This document shows positions 39,602 to 50,190 of a stretch of DNA of 64,000 bases, piece by piece. Numbering within the stretch: position 1 is the first letter of the stretch; each line of letters begins with the position of its first letter. Both the position numbers and the translations under genes were made by a program. Origin of the DNA: an uncultured Solirubrobacteraceae bacterium (GTDB lineage Bacteria; Actinomycetota; Thermoleophilia; Solirubrobacterales; Solirubrobacteraceae); contig CAVSSZ010000013.1 in assembly GCA_963730725.1 (NCBI GenBank), forward strand, positions 6,224 to 70,223, written 5' to 3'. The notes below the pieces were generated by a model. That model saw nothing but the letters and a program-made list of their open reading frames with translations. It was not told the DNA's origin and made no database searches.

Positions 39602-41254
39602 ATGCACACCAGTACCCTCCTCGTCGCCGCCGTGCTCGGAGCCGGCGCCGTTCTGCGACGACGCCATCTGACCACCCCGGTGAAGGTCCTCGCGGTTCTC
39701 GGCGTGGCGGCGCTCGCCGCGTCGGGGTCGGGACTGGTCGAGCTCCCGAGCGCCGAGCAGATCGTGCGCTCCTCGACGGGGGCGCTCGGCGCGCTGACGT
39801 ACGTCGTCGTGGGCGCGTTCGCGCTCGCGGAGACGGGCGCGTTCGTCGGGCTGGTGGCGCCCGGTGAGATCGTCGTGGTGCTCGGCGGTGTCAGCGCCGG
39901 GCACGGGACGATCTCCCTGCCGGCGCTGATCGGGGTGGTGTGGGGGTGCGCGCTCACCGGCGACCTCATCTCCTACACGCTGGGGCGGCGTTTTGGCCGC
40001 TCGCTGCTGCTCGCCCACGGCACCGGGCTCGGCGTCACCGAGGCACGGGTCGCCCAGGTCGAGCGCGTCCTCTCCACGCACACCGTGAAGACGCTCGTGC
40101 TCGGACGGTTCGTCGGGATCGTGCGACCACTGTTGCCGTTCCTGGCCGGCACGACGCACGTCCCCGCTCGGCGATTCATCCCGACCACGGCGTTCGCCGC
40201 GGGTGTGTGGTCGGCCACGTTCTGCTGCCTCGGATTCGTCTTCTGGAGCTCGCTCGGTGAGCTGGTCACGGTGGTGGAGCGCGGCTCGCTCGCACTCGGG
40301 GCCGCGGTCGTCGTCGCGGCGCTCGTCGTCCTCGTCCGGCGGCGTCTGCGCAGCGGCACCAGCATGACCAACTCGACCGCCGCGCTCGGCACCCGCCTGC
40401 GCACCTGGGCGCTCGTCGCCGGCCTCACCGGCCTGCTGATCGCCTGCGGTGCGTTGATCGGCGGCTCGCTGTTGTGGATCTTCGTGATCGCAGCGGTCGC
40501 CATGAACGTTGTCGGCTACTTCTTCTCCGACCGGATCGCGCTGCGTGCGGCGCGGGCCCGGCCGCTCGAGCCCGCTGAGGCGCCTGAGCTGCACGGGATG
40601 GTGCGTGAGCTCGCGTCGCTCGCCGAGGTGCCGGTGCCAAGCCTGCACCTGATCCCGGGTGCGCAGCCAAACGCGTTCGCCACCGGCCGCAACCCCGCCC
40701 ACGCGGCGGTCGCGGTCACCGAGGGCCTGCTGAACACGCTCCCCGCCGACCAGGTGCGCGCGGTACTGGCGCACGAGTTCGGGCACATCCGCAACCACGA
40801 CATCCTCGTCTCGTCGGTGGCGGCGATGGTCGCGGGGGCGATCTCCGCGATCGCCTCGATCCTGCAGCTGTCGTTCCTGTTCGGCTCCTCCGACGAGGAG
40901 GGCGAGAACCCGATCGCCGCGCTCGCGCTGATGCTGATCGCGCCGATCGGGGCGACGCTGCTGCAGCTGGCCGTCTCGCGGCAGCGCGAGTACCTGGCCG
41001 ACGCCACGGCCGCGCGGATGCTCGGGACCGGCCGGCCGCTCGCCGAGGCGCTACACACCATCACCGCCGATGAGCGCTCGACGCTCCCGGTCAACCCGGC
41101 CACCGCCCCCATGTACATCGTCAACCCCTTGCGCGCGCAGGGCCTGTCCGGCCTGTTCGCCACCCACCCGCCGGTCCAGGATCGGATCGCGCGACTGCTC
41201 AGCTACCAGGGGGTGCGACCGGCCGAGCCCCGGCGCGCCGCCCTCGCTGCCTGA
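39602..41254 (+). CDS. DedA/VTT domain fused to HtpX-like M48 zinc protease
   Basis: N-half AETGAFVGLVAPGE, GDLISYTLGRRFG, GRFVGIVR; C-half QPNAFATGRNP, AHEFGH, SRQREYLAD, FATHPP. Confidence 0.88.
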   Translation: MHTSTLLVAAVLGAGAVLRRRHLTTPVKVLAVLGVAALAASGSGLVELPSAEQIVRSSTGALGALTYVVVGAFALAETGAFVGLVAPGEIVVVLGGVSAGHGTISLPALIGVVWGCALTGDLISYTLGRRFGRSLLLAHGTGLGVTEARVAQVERVLSTHTVKTLVLGRFVGIVRPLLPFLAGTTHVPARRFIPTTAFAAGVWSATFCCLGFVFWSSLGELVTVVERGSLALGAAVVVAALVVLVRRRLRSGTSMTNSTAALGTRLRTWALVAGLTGLLIACGALIGGSLLWIFVIAAVAMNVVGYFFSDRIALRAARARPLEPAEAPELHGMVRELASLAEVPVPSLHLIPGAQPNAFATGRNPAHAAVAVTEGLLNTLPADQVRAVLAHEFGHIRNHDILVSSVAAMVAGAISAIASILQLSFLFGSSDEEGENPIAALALMLIAPIGATLLQLAVSRQREYLADATAARMLGTGRPLAEALHTITADERSTLPVNPATAPMYIVNPLRAQGLSGLFATHPPVQDRIARLLSYQGVRPAEPRRAALAA

Positions 41255-41266
41255 GCGTCCGGGGGC

Positions 41267-41306
41267 GGTGGAGGTCGCCACGGGTCAGCCCGTGGCGACC
41301 TCCACC
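41267..41306. terminator. Perfect 18-bp hairpin between convergent genes
   Basis: GGTGGAGGTCGCCACGGG-TCAG-CCCGTGGCGACCTCCACC. Confidence 0.7.
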
Positions 41307-41950
41307 CGGAAGGTCGCGCGATCGTTGTACAGACCCCAGATGACCTCGGCCAGCTTCGCCGGATCCTTCTCGGGGTGGCCCTCCTCGATCGAGCCGCCGA
41401 TCACGAGCTGGGCGACGTGGATGCCTTCCTCGCCGAGCACCTCGTGGAGCAGCTGCGCGTAGGCGGTCTCGCCGGCGAACGCGATACTCGTCCCGGCGAG
41501 ATGCGCACGCGGGACGAGTGCAGTGCCGCCATTGACGAACAGGATCGTCCCGCGGTTGTCGCGCAGGGAGCGCATCCCGGGGATCACCTGGTGGGCGGCC
41601 GCGACCGGTCCGTAGATCGAGAATTCGATCGGCCCGACCAGGTCGGCCGGGGTGGTCTCCAGCACGGGACGCATGAAGTCCTTCTGGGGCAGCGGGCTGT
41701 ACTGGAGCACCTCGATCGGACCGAGCGCCTCGGTGACCCGTTCGAGCGTGCGCGCCAGGCCCGCCGGGTCACGGACGTCGGCGGCGAAGCCCTGGGCCTG
41801 CAAGCCCTCGCCGACGAGCTGCGCGGCAAGCCCATCGGCCCTGTCCTGGCTGCGGGAGATGAGGCCGATCGAGAACCCCTCGGCTCCGAAGCGGCGAGCG
41901 ACTGCGGCGCCGAGCCCGGGGCCCGCGCCGACGATGGCGATCGTGGTCAT
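41285..41950 (-). CDS. Atypical SDR oxidoreductase
   Basis: IVGAGPGLGAAVARRF Rossmann motif; canonical YxxxK not present. Confidence 0.85.
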   Translation of the reverse strand: MTTIAIVGAGPGLGAAVARRFGAEGFSIGLISRSQDRADGLAAQLVGEGLQAQGFAADVRDPAGLARTLERVTEALGPIEVLQYSPLPQKDFMRPVLETTPADLVGPIEFSIYGPVAAAHQVIPGMRSLRDNRGTILFVNGGTALVPRAHLAGTSIAFAGETAYAQLLHEVLGEEGIHVAQLVIGGSIEEGHPEKDPAKLAEVIWGLYNDRATFRVEVATG

Positions 41951-42027
41951 GCACCGATCCTCCCCGGCACGCGGTCCATCAAACCGGAGGCCGCCGGGGC
42001 ACCCGGACCGGCCGCCGCGTCAGCGGC

Positions 42028-42423
42028 TCACGCCTCGCTGCCGGGTGCGAGCGCCGTCGCCTCGACCTCGACCGACATGCGCGGGTCGATGAGCGCCGAC
42101 ACCTCGACCATCGTGAACAATGGCCGGACCTCGCCGAGCGCCTCGTTGAACGCGCGGCCGATCTCGTCGTAGCGGGTGATGTCGGTGACGTACGCCCGGA
42201 TCGAGACGACGTCCTCCGGCATCGCTCCGAGCCGGCTGAACTCGTGGAGGATCCTGCGCAGGCACTCCGCCATCTGCTCGTACGGGGTCTCGCCGACGAT
42301 CCCGCCGAGCGGGCCGACGGCGGTCGTCCCGCCGAGATGGACCAGCCCACCGACGATGACGGCTCGGCTGTAGCCGTACTGCTCCTCCCACGGGGAGGGT
42401 GGATCGCCTCCGATGCGCTGCAT
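42028..42423 (-). CDS. RidA/YjgF family protein
   Basis: WEEQYGYSRAV, GGTTA, RPLFTMVEVSALIDPRMSVEVEATA. Confidence 0.9.
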   Translation of the reverse strand: MQRIGGDPPSPWEEQYGYSRAVIVGGLVHLGGTTAVGPLGGIVGETPYEQMAECLRRILHEFSRLGAMPEDVVSIRAYVTDITRYDEIGRAFNEALGEVRPLFTMVEVSALIDPRMSVEVEATALAPGSEA

Positions 42424-42474
42424 ATGGCGGCCAACGGTACCGAGCGCCGCTGGTACTACGTTCGGCGTTGCTAC

Positions 42475-42502
42475 TTGACACGTATTACGCGACACGTAAT
42501 AT
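42475..42502 (+). promoter_or_regulatory. Sigma-70 promoter with operator palindrome in the spacer
   Basis: TTGACA-16 nt-TAATAT overlapping TATTACG-N5-CGTAATA (42483-42501). Confidence 0.7.
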
Positions 42503-42513
42503 CGGTGGCCGAT

Positions 42514-43465
42514 ATGACCTCACCTGCACCATCGCTCGAGCGAACCCCGCTGCGTCACGCGCGGCGGATCGTCGCCGGCGCACTCGCGGTCGGCTTCCTG
42601 TTCGAGGTCGCGAACCTGATCGGCACTCAGGACAAGACGATCTTTGCGGTGACGCCGTGGCAGGACGACCCGTATCACGCGGTCCTGCTCGCGGCGCTGT
42701 TCACGGTGGCCATGCTGTCGGCCGCGCTCGGGGCGCGGATGCTCGTCTGGTCGGCGGCCGGCGCGGGGGACCGCGCGCGTCAGATGCTGCGCGGCGCCGG
42801 CGTGCTCGTCGGGGTGATCACGATCGCGGCCGGCTTTCAGTGGGCAGCGGTCGCCTCTGGCCGGCACGCCCGGACGTGGGATACGGCGACCGCACTCCAG
42901 ATCGCCGGATCGAGCGTCGTCACGGTGGCGGCGGTGGCCGTGGCTGTCGCACTCGTGACCGCCCGGACCGCGGGTCCGGCGCAGTGGTCGACGGATTGGC
43001 TCGGGGACGCGGCGCTGCTGGTCGCGCGGGTCCCCTGGGTCGATGGGGCTGCGGTGATTGCGGACGGGGTGGCGTGGATCCGGCCGCGGGCGATCCGAGT
43101 GTTCGCGGGGGTCAGCGTGGTCGTCGCGCTGCCGATCGTCGCCGCTCAGGCGCTCGGAGAGCAGTGGACCGATCCGGTCCTGATCGTCTGGGCGCTGATC
43201 GTGCTCACGGCGACGATCTTCACGTTCTGCGTGATCGCCAACGCGCTCGCCGGCATCGTCTCGCGGCCGCCGCGCAGCCGCGCGCGCCGCAACGCCGAGT
43301 GGTCCCTGGTCGGCGGCTGCCTGGCGATCCAGGTCTCCGAGGCATTCCACGACCAGATCTGGCAGGCGCTCACCGGGCATCCGGCGGGAACGGTCGCGGC
43401 GCTTCTCGCGCTGACGGCCGGCTCTGGACTGATCGGGGCCGCAGCCTGCGCCGCGGTGACCGCTC

Positions 43466-43494
<29 letters not shown>
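42514..43494 (+). CDS. Multi-pass membrane protein, unknown function
   Basis: About 8 hydrophobic segments, PWQDDPYH loop; overlaps the purH 3' end convergently. Confidence 0.75.
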
Positions 43495-45103
<1,609 letters not shown>

Positions 45104-45115
45104 CGCGTGGGCACT

Positions 45116-45727
45116 CTACCGGCTGACCCGTACGCGCCGTGGGTTGGCGGGGTCGAAGCTGACCGAGCCCTCCGCAATCCTCGCCACCGCCTCCACGAGC
45201 AGATCGTGCTCGATCGGATGCAGGTGCGCCAGTACCTCCTCGGCGCTCTGCGCCTCGGGCAGCTCCACCGCGCGCTGGAAGATGATCGGCCCGGTGTCGA
45301 TGCCGGTGTCGACGAAATGCACCGTCACCCCGAACACCTTCGCCCCATAGTCGAGCGCCTTCTGGACAACGTACAGGCCGGGGAACGCCGGTAGCAGCGC
45401 AGGATGCACGTTGATCACGCGCTGCGGAAACGCGTCGAGGAACCCTGGGGTCACCAGCTGCGTATAGCCGGCGAGCACGACCAGCTCGGCCCGGTGGCCG
45501 TCGCCCAGCCAGTTGGCCATCGCCAGGTCCCGCGCTTCACGGCTGGGATATTGGGCGGCCGGGAAGACCTTCGTCGGGATCGAGGCGGCGTGGGCCCGCT
45601 CGAGCGCCGCGGCCTGCGGCTTGTCGGTGCCGAACGCGACGAGCTGATTGCCGTTGTGGCCGTGCGCCCGGTCGATCAGTGCCTGCAGATTGGAGCCGGC
45701 TCCGGAGGCGAGGACGGCGAAGCGCAC
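45116..45727 (-). CDS. purN: GAR transformylase
   Basis: LASGAGSNLQAL, LAGY, NVHPALLPAFPG, GVTVHFVD, DTGPII. Confidence 0.98.
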   Translation of the reverse strand: MRFAVLASGAGSNLQALIDRAHGHNGNQLVAFGTDKPQAAALERAHAASIPTKVFPAAQYPSREARDLAMANWLGDGHRAELVVLAGYTQLVTPGFLDAFPQRVINVHPALLPAFPGLYVVQKALDYGAKVFGVTVHFVDTGIDTGPIIFQRAVELPEAQSAEEVLAHLHPIEHDLLVEAVARIAEGSVSFDPANPRRVRVSR

Positions 45728-45902
45728 ACGTCGCACCGTAGCGGCTGGGGGGTCGTGGGTGCTTCGGGAGGCGGCAGCACGAGAGCCGCGGCCGCGCTGC
45801 CATACGCCGGCAACCCGAACCCGTCCCTCCAGGACGGTTTTCTCGGAACCTGCTGCAAAGGCCCGCGCGGCGACCGAGGCGAGCGGTAGCGTCGGTGAGC
45901 TC

Positions 45903-48056
45903 ATGCATCGCGTCCTGTCCGCCTTCGCTCGCGCCGCCGCCGGCGACCCGCGCGCGCTCGAGGAGGCGCGGGAGGCGTGGGCGGAGCTGGCGACCGAGCA
46001 GCAGACGCTGCTGGCGTCGCTGGGGAAGCTGCTCGCGGCGGCCCACGAGCGGTCGGCGGCGCTGCCGGAGGTGCTCGATGCGCTGGCGGCGCGTGACCTG
46101 GACCGCGCGCGGCGCGAGTTCCGGGGCCTGGCCACCGAGGAGCGGGAGCTGATCGGCGCGATCGGGCGATACCTCGCCGACCGGGGCGAGCGGACGCTGC
46201 CGCTGCTCGGGGCATTCGACGGGGTCGGCGACGGCGGACCGATGCCTGCGGCGAGCCGGGCGGGCGACGCCGGGCCCGGGTGGGCGGGTGAGCCTATGCG
46301 CACCGGCCGGGTCGGGATCCGCACCGATCTGACCCCCGAGGACCTGCTCGCCAAGCTCGGGCTCAGCGAGTTCCGCCCGGCGCAGCGCGACGCCGTGCAG
46401 GCGGCGCTCGACGGTCGGGACACGCTCGTGGTGATGCCGACCGGCGGAGGCAAGAGCCTCTGCTACCAGCTGCCGGCGATCGCGTCGGAGTCACTCACCG
46501 TCGTGGTCAGCCCGCTGGTGGCGCTGATCGTCGACCAGCATCGACGGCTGCTCGACGCCGGTCAGCGATCGGTGATGCTCGCGGCGACCGTCGGCGAGCA
46601 GGCCAACCGGGAGGCGCTCTCGCAGATCCGCTCGGGCGAGGCGCAGATCGTGTTCTGCGCGCCGGAGCGGTTTGCGGCCGCGGGCTTCCGAGCGGCGCTG
46701 CAGAGCCGGGACATCGGGCTGTTCGTGGTCGACGAGGCGCACTGCGTGTCGGAGTGGGGCCATGATTTCCGGCCGGACTATCTGCGGCTCGGCCCGGTGA
46801 TCGAGGCGCTCGGACGCCCGCCGGTGATGGCGTGCACGGCGACGGCGACGCCACGGGTCGCCGAGGAGATCGCGGCGCGGCTCGGGCTGCGAGACCCGCT
46901 CATCATCCGGCGCGGGTTCGATCGCCCGAACATCACATTCGACGTGGTCGCACTGGAGGGCGCGGGCGCCGTGGGCCGCAAGCGCGGCCACCTGCTCGCC
47001 GGCCTCGCCGACCCCGATCAGCGCCCGGCGATCGTCTACTGCGGCACGCGCAAGGACACCGAGGCGGTCGGTGAGTTGCTCTGCGAGCACGGGATACCGG
47101 CGGCGATCTACCACGCGGGGCTCGATGCCACGGTTCGCCATGGCGCGCAGGATGCGTTCATGCGCGGCGAGGTTGAGGTCGTCGTGGCCACGAACGCGTT
47201 CGGCCAGGGGATCGACAAGCAGGACATCCGCAGCGTCTGGCACTGGGCGCTGCCGACCTCGGTCGAGGCCTACTACCAGGAAGCGGGCCGCGCCGGCCGC
47301 GACGGAGAACCGGCGCGCGCGGTGCTGCTCGCGATGCGCGGCGACCTCGGCCGCCTGATCCAGTTCATCAAGCGCTCGCAGATCGACGGCAACGAGGTCC
47401 GCCGTGCCGTTGCCGGCCTGGGGGCGATCGCCGAGGACTCGATCGCGGAGATCGACCCGCGGCGCCAGGACGATCGCGAGCGGATCACGCTGGCGATCGC
47501 CGAGCGGGCCGGCGTCGCGTCGCTTGCTCCGGCCCCGGGCGGCCGGGTCGCCGTCCGGCTCACCGGCCAGTTCGACGGTGGCGCCGTCGACGAGGCCTGC
47601 CGACAGGCAACCGATCGCCGCTGGCGCGCCTATCAGGCACTGAAGGCGTTCGCCGAGGACGGCGCGACCTGCCGGCGCCGGCAGCTGCTCGCCCACTTCG
47701 GCGACCCCGAGGAGCCCGCCAAGCCGGTCCCGCCCGCCCGCTGCTGCGACGTCTGCGATCCCCAGGAGCTGCCCACCGTCGAACCGATCGGCACGCGTCG
47801 GCAGCAGCGCGCCGCCCCGGTGGCGGCAGGACCGCCGGTCGACGACGGTCAGCTCGCCGAGCTCAAGCGCTGGCGCCTGGAGCGCGCCGACGGGAAGCCT
47901 GCGTACACGGTCGCCACCAACGCGATGCTCGAGGAGTTACTGCGCCAGCGGCCTGCCGACCCCGACGAACTGCTCGCGATCCACGGCGTCGGCCCGGCGT
48001 TCGTCACCCGTCACGGCGACGAGGTGCTCGCGCTGCTCGCCGACCTCGCGGCCTGA
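45903..48056 (+). CDS. recQ: RecQ family helicase with N-terminal helical extension and HRDC domain
   Basis: MPTGGGKSLCYQLPA, VDEAHCVSEWGHDFRPDY, TATAT, YYQEAGRAGRDG, CRR...CCDVC, HRDC (KPAYTV...GVGP). Confidence 0.95.
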   Translation: MHRVLSAFARAAAGDPRALEEAREAWAELATEQQTLLASLGKLLAAAHERSAALPEVLDALAARDLDRARREFRGLATEERELIGAIGRYLADRGERTLPLLGAFDGVGDGGPMPAASRAGDAGPGWAGEPMRTGRVGIRTDLTPEDLLAKLGLSEFRPAQRDAVQAALDGRDTLVVMPTGGGKSLCYQLPAIASESLTVVVSPLVALIVDQHRRLLDAGQRSVMLAATVGEQANREALSQIRSGEAQIVFCAPERFAAAGFRAALQSRDIGLFVVDEAHCVSEWGHDFRPDYLRLGPVIEALGRPPVMACTATATPRVAEEIAARLGLRDPLIIRRGFDRPNITFDVVALEGAGAVGRKRGHLLAGLADPDQRPAIVYCGTRKDTEAVGELLCEHGIPAAIYHAGLDATVRHGAQDAFMRGEVEVVVATNAFGQGIDKQDIRSVWHWALPTSVEAYYQEAGRAGRDGEPARAVLLAMRGDLGRLIQFIKRSQIDGNEVRRAVAGLGAIAEDSIAEIDPRRQDDRERITLAIAERAGVASLAPAPGGRVAVRLTGQFDGGAVDEACRQATDRRWRAYQALKAFAEDGATCRRRQLLAHFGDPEEPAKPVPPARCCDVCDPQELPTVEPIGTRRQQRAAPVAAGPPVDDGQLAELKRWRLERADGKPAYTVATNAMLEELLRQRPADPDELLAIHGVGPAFVTRHGDEVLALLADLAA

Positions 48057-48119
48057 GCGTCGCCCCACCGGCACGGGCCCCGGGTCTCCCCGAAACCCGC
48101 ACCGGCAAGCCGGACGCCG

Positions 48120-49583
48120 CTAGATGACGTGGACCGTCCGCACACCATGGCGACGCGCCCACCTCGCAGCGTGTCTGCGCACGTAGGCAACCGAGTGACC
48201 GCTGCGGCTGGCCTGCACGTAGGCGACCCTCCCGTGGGCGGTGAGCCGGTTGTCTCCCCTGCCGCCGCTGAGGTGCGCTCTGCCGGTGCCCGCGATCAGC
48301 ACATCGTTGCCGTTGCCACCGTTCAGCCGTGCGGGACCGTCGCCGGCCTTCAGATAGTCGTTGCCGGCGTTGCCCTGCAGGTCGACCTTGCCCTTCCCGG
48401 CAGTGACGCGGTCGTTGCCCTTGCCACCGAGCACGAGCCCCGGTCCGTTGCCGAGGGTGATGCGGTCCGTGCCGTTGGCGCCGAATGCGGTCACGAAGTT
48501 GTGGCGCTGGTTGACGATCACGTCGTTGCCGGCGCCACCGTTGACGCACGTCCGCTGACCGCCGATGACCGTGAGGTGGTCGTTGCCGCCGAGACCAAGC
48601 ACCCGCATCCGCACCTTGCGTACCGTGATCCGATCGGCCCGCTTCGTGCCGACGACGACGAACTTCGGTCCTGCGCCGTTCAGACACGAGAGGTGCCTGC
48701 CGAACCTGCGTCGCGCGGCCGCCAGCGACATGACCCGCGCGCCGACGATCTCCTCAGAGCTCGCCGATGGGACCGCGATCGCGGTGCCGGTGACGACACA
48801 CCCGCCAGAGCCCCAGGTCGCACCGCCCGGGCACGCCGAGCCACCCCCGCCGGTGCCGCCACCCCCGCCACCGGTGCCGCCACCTCCGCCTGCGGAGCCG
48901 GTCGAGATGCCGGCGCAGGCGCCGGAGGCCGCGCCCGCCGTGGCGGTTCCGATCACGATGTCGGCTCCGCCGCCGGCGGCGCCGAGGACGTCGACCTCCA
49001 GCAGCGTCTCGGTCGTGGAGACGCCGGAGGTCGTCCGCTGGTTGGCATTGATCGTCGCGACCCCGGGCAGGGTGAACGTCTGTGGCTGACCGGACAGCGG
49101 CTCGGTCGCGCCATTGATCGTGATCGCGTTCAGCGTCGAGCCGGCCGACGTCTGCAGGGCGTTGCTCACGCACCGGTCATCGACGGTTGCCGCCGACGGC
49201 CCGATCGAGACGGTGTCACCGCCGAGGCTGATCGTGGCCGCCCTGACGGTGGTTGTCGCGTGTGCCTCCGTGTAGAGGGTCGAACCGGAGAGCTGCGAGG
49301 TCGACAGGGTGGTCGTGGAGTGGACCGGGCCGAGCGCGACCTCGAACGCCGGATTGCTCGACGGCACACTCACGCCGTCGAGGGTTGCACTGTCGCTGGC
49401 GCATGGACTGAGCGACGGGTTGGCAGTCGTCGGCGCCAGCAGTGTCGTCCCCGCGACGCCGACATCAGCGGTGCTCGCCGAGCAGTCGAACGGGTTTCCG
49501 GCCTGGGCAGACGCGGTGCCGGTCACCACCAGCAGGCTGACGGTACTCAGTGCCGCCGCACAACTCAGGTTCCGTTTGAACAT
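48120..49583 (-). CDS. Secreted protein with RTX/hemolysin-type Ca-binding repeats
   Basis: Signal peptide (TASA), beta-rich N-domain, Gly linker, GGxGND nonapeptides, basic C-terminus. Confidence 0.8.
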   Translation of the reverse strand: MFKRNLSCAAALSTVSLLVVTGTASAQAGNPFDCSASTADVGVAGTTLLAPTTANPSLSPCASDSATLDGVSVPSSNPAFEVALGPVHSTTTLSTSQLSGSTLYTEAHATTTVRAATISLGGDTVSIGPSAATVDDRCVSNALQTSAGSTLNAITINGATEPLSGQPQTFTLPGVATINANQRTTSGVSTTETLLEVDVLGAAGGGADIVIGTATAGAASGACAGISTGSAGGGGGTGGGGGGTGGGGSACPGGATWGSGGCVVTGTAIAVPSASSEEIVGARVMSLAAARRRFGRHLSCLNGAGPKFVVVGTKRADRITVRKVRMRVLGLGGNDHLTVIGGQRTCVNGGAGNDVIVNQRHNFVTAFGANGTDRITLGNGPGLVLGGKGNDRVTAGKGKVDLQGNAGNDYLKAGDGPARLNGGNGNDVLIAGTGRAHLSGGRGDNRLTAHGRVAYVQASRSGHSVAYVRRHAARWARRHGVRTVHVI

Positions 49584-49791
49584 GGATCAGATCCTCCCTG
49601 TCCGCCGCCCCGGAGCTCTCTACATCCGTGGAGGTCAGAGTGCGGCGTCGTTGGTCGATGCACCGACGATTCCCCGTTCTGCACTCATCGCTCCGTTAAA
49701 CAAGGTTTCGCGTGGTGACACGCGTCAAGGCGGCATAAACGCGCTGTTCGGGGGTCGTCCTTCCGTCTATGCACGGGATGAAGGCCGCCGG

Positions 49792-49867
49792 GCGTCGCAG
49801 TCTCCGCCAGGCGCCGCAGTCTTCGGCAGCCGTCGCAGTCTCCGCCAGGCGTCGCAGTCTTCGGCGC
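49792..49867 (+). repeat. 4 x 19-bp tandem repeat
   Basis: GCGTCGCAGTCTCCGCCAG / GCGCCGCAGTCTTCGGCAG / CCGTCGCAGTCTCCGCCAG / GCGTCGCAGTCTTCGGCGC. Confidence 0.85.
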
Positions 49868-49874
49868 CCGGCTG

Positions 49875-49987
49875 CGCAGAAAACGTGCCATTGCCCCCGC
49901 TGATCGCGCCGGCGGTCACGTTCCGCGCGCTCATCGAGGAAAACGTGACATCGACCTCGCTCCAGCGGACGCGCGTTACGTTTTCGG
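49875..49987. repeat. Paired REP-like inverted repeats
   Basis: GAAAACGTGCC...GGTCACGTTCC then GAAAACGTGAC...GTTACGTTTTTC. Confidence 0.6.
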
Positions 49988-50190
49988 GCGACGGCCAGGG
50001 TCAATGCCGTTCGCCACACACGGGCCGCGAAGGCGGGCGGGCAACGGACGCGCCGACCCGCCCGGCACCCGGCCGTGCGCGGCGCACCACTCGCCAGTCA
50101 AACGCGGGCGCACCGTCAGACCCCGGACGTCCCGTCCCGGCGCGAGCGTTATCGGGTGGCGCGCGATGCTCCGCGCACAGGCGCGAGAAA

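Noticed and set aside
49792-49987. CRISPR array
   Set aside because: The 19-mers have no spacers, the following units are inverted rather than direct repeats, and there are no cas genes.
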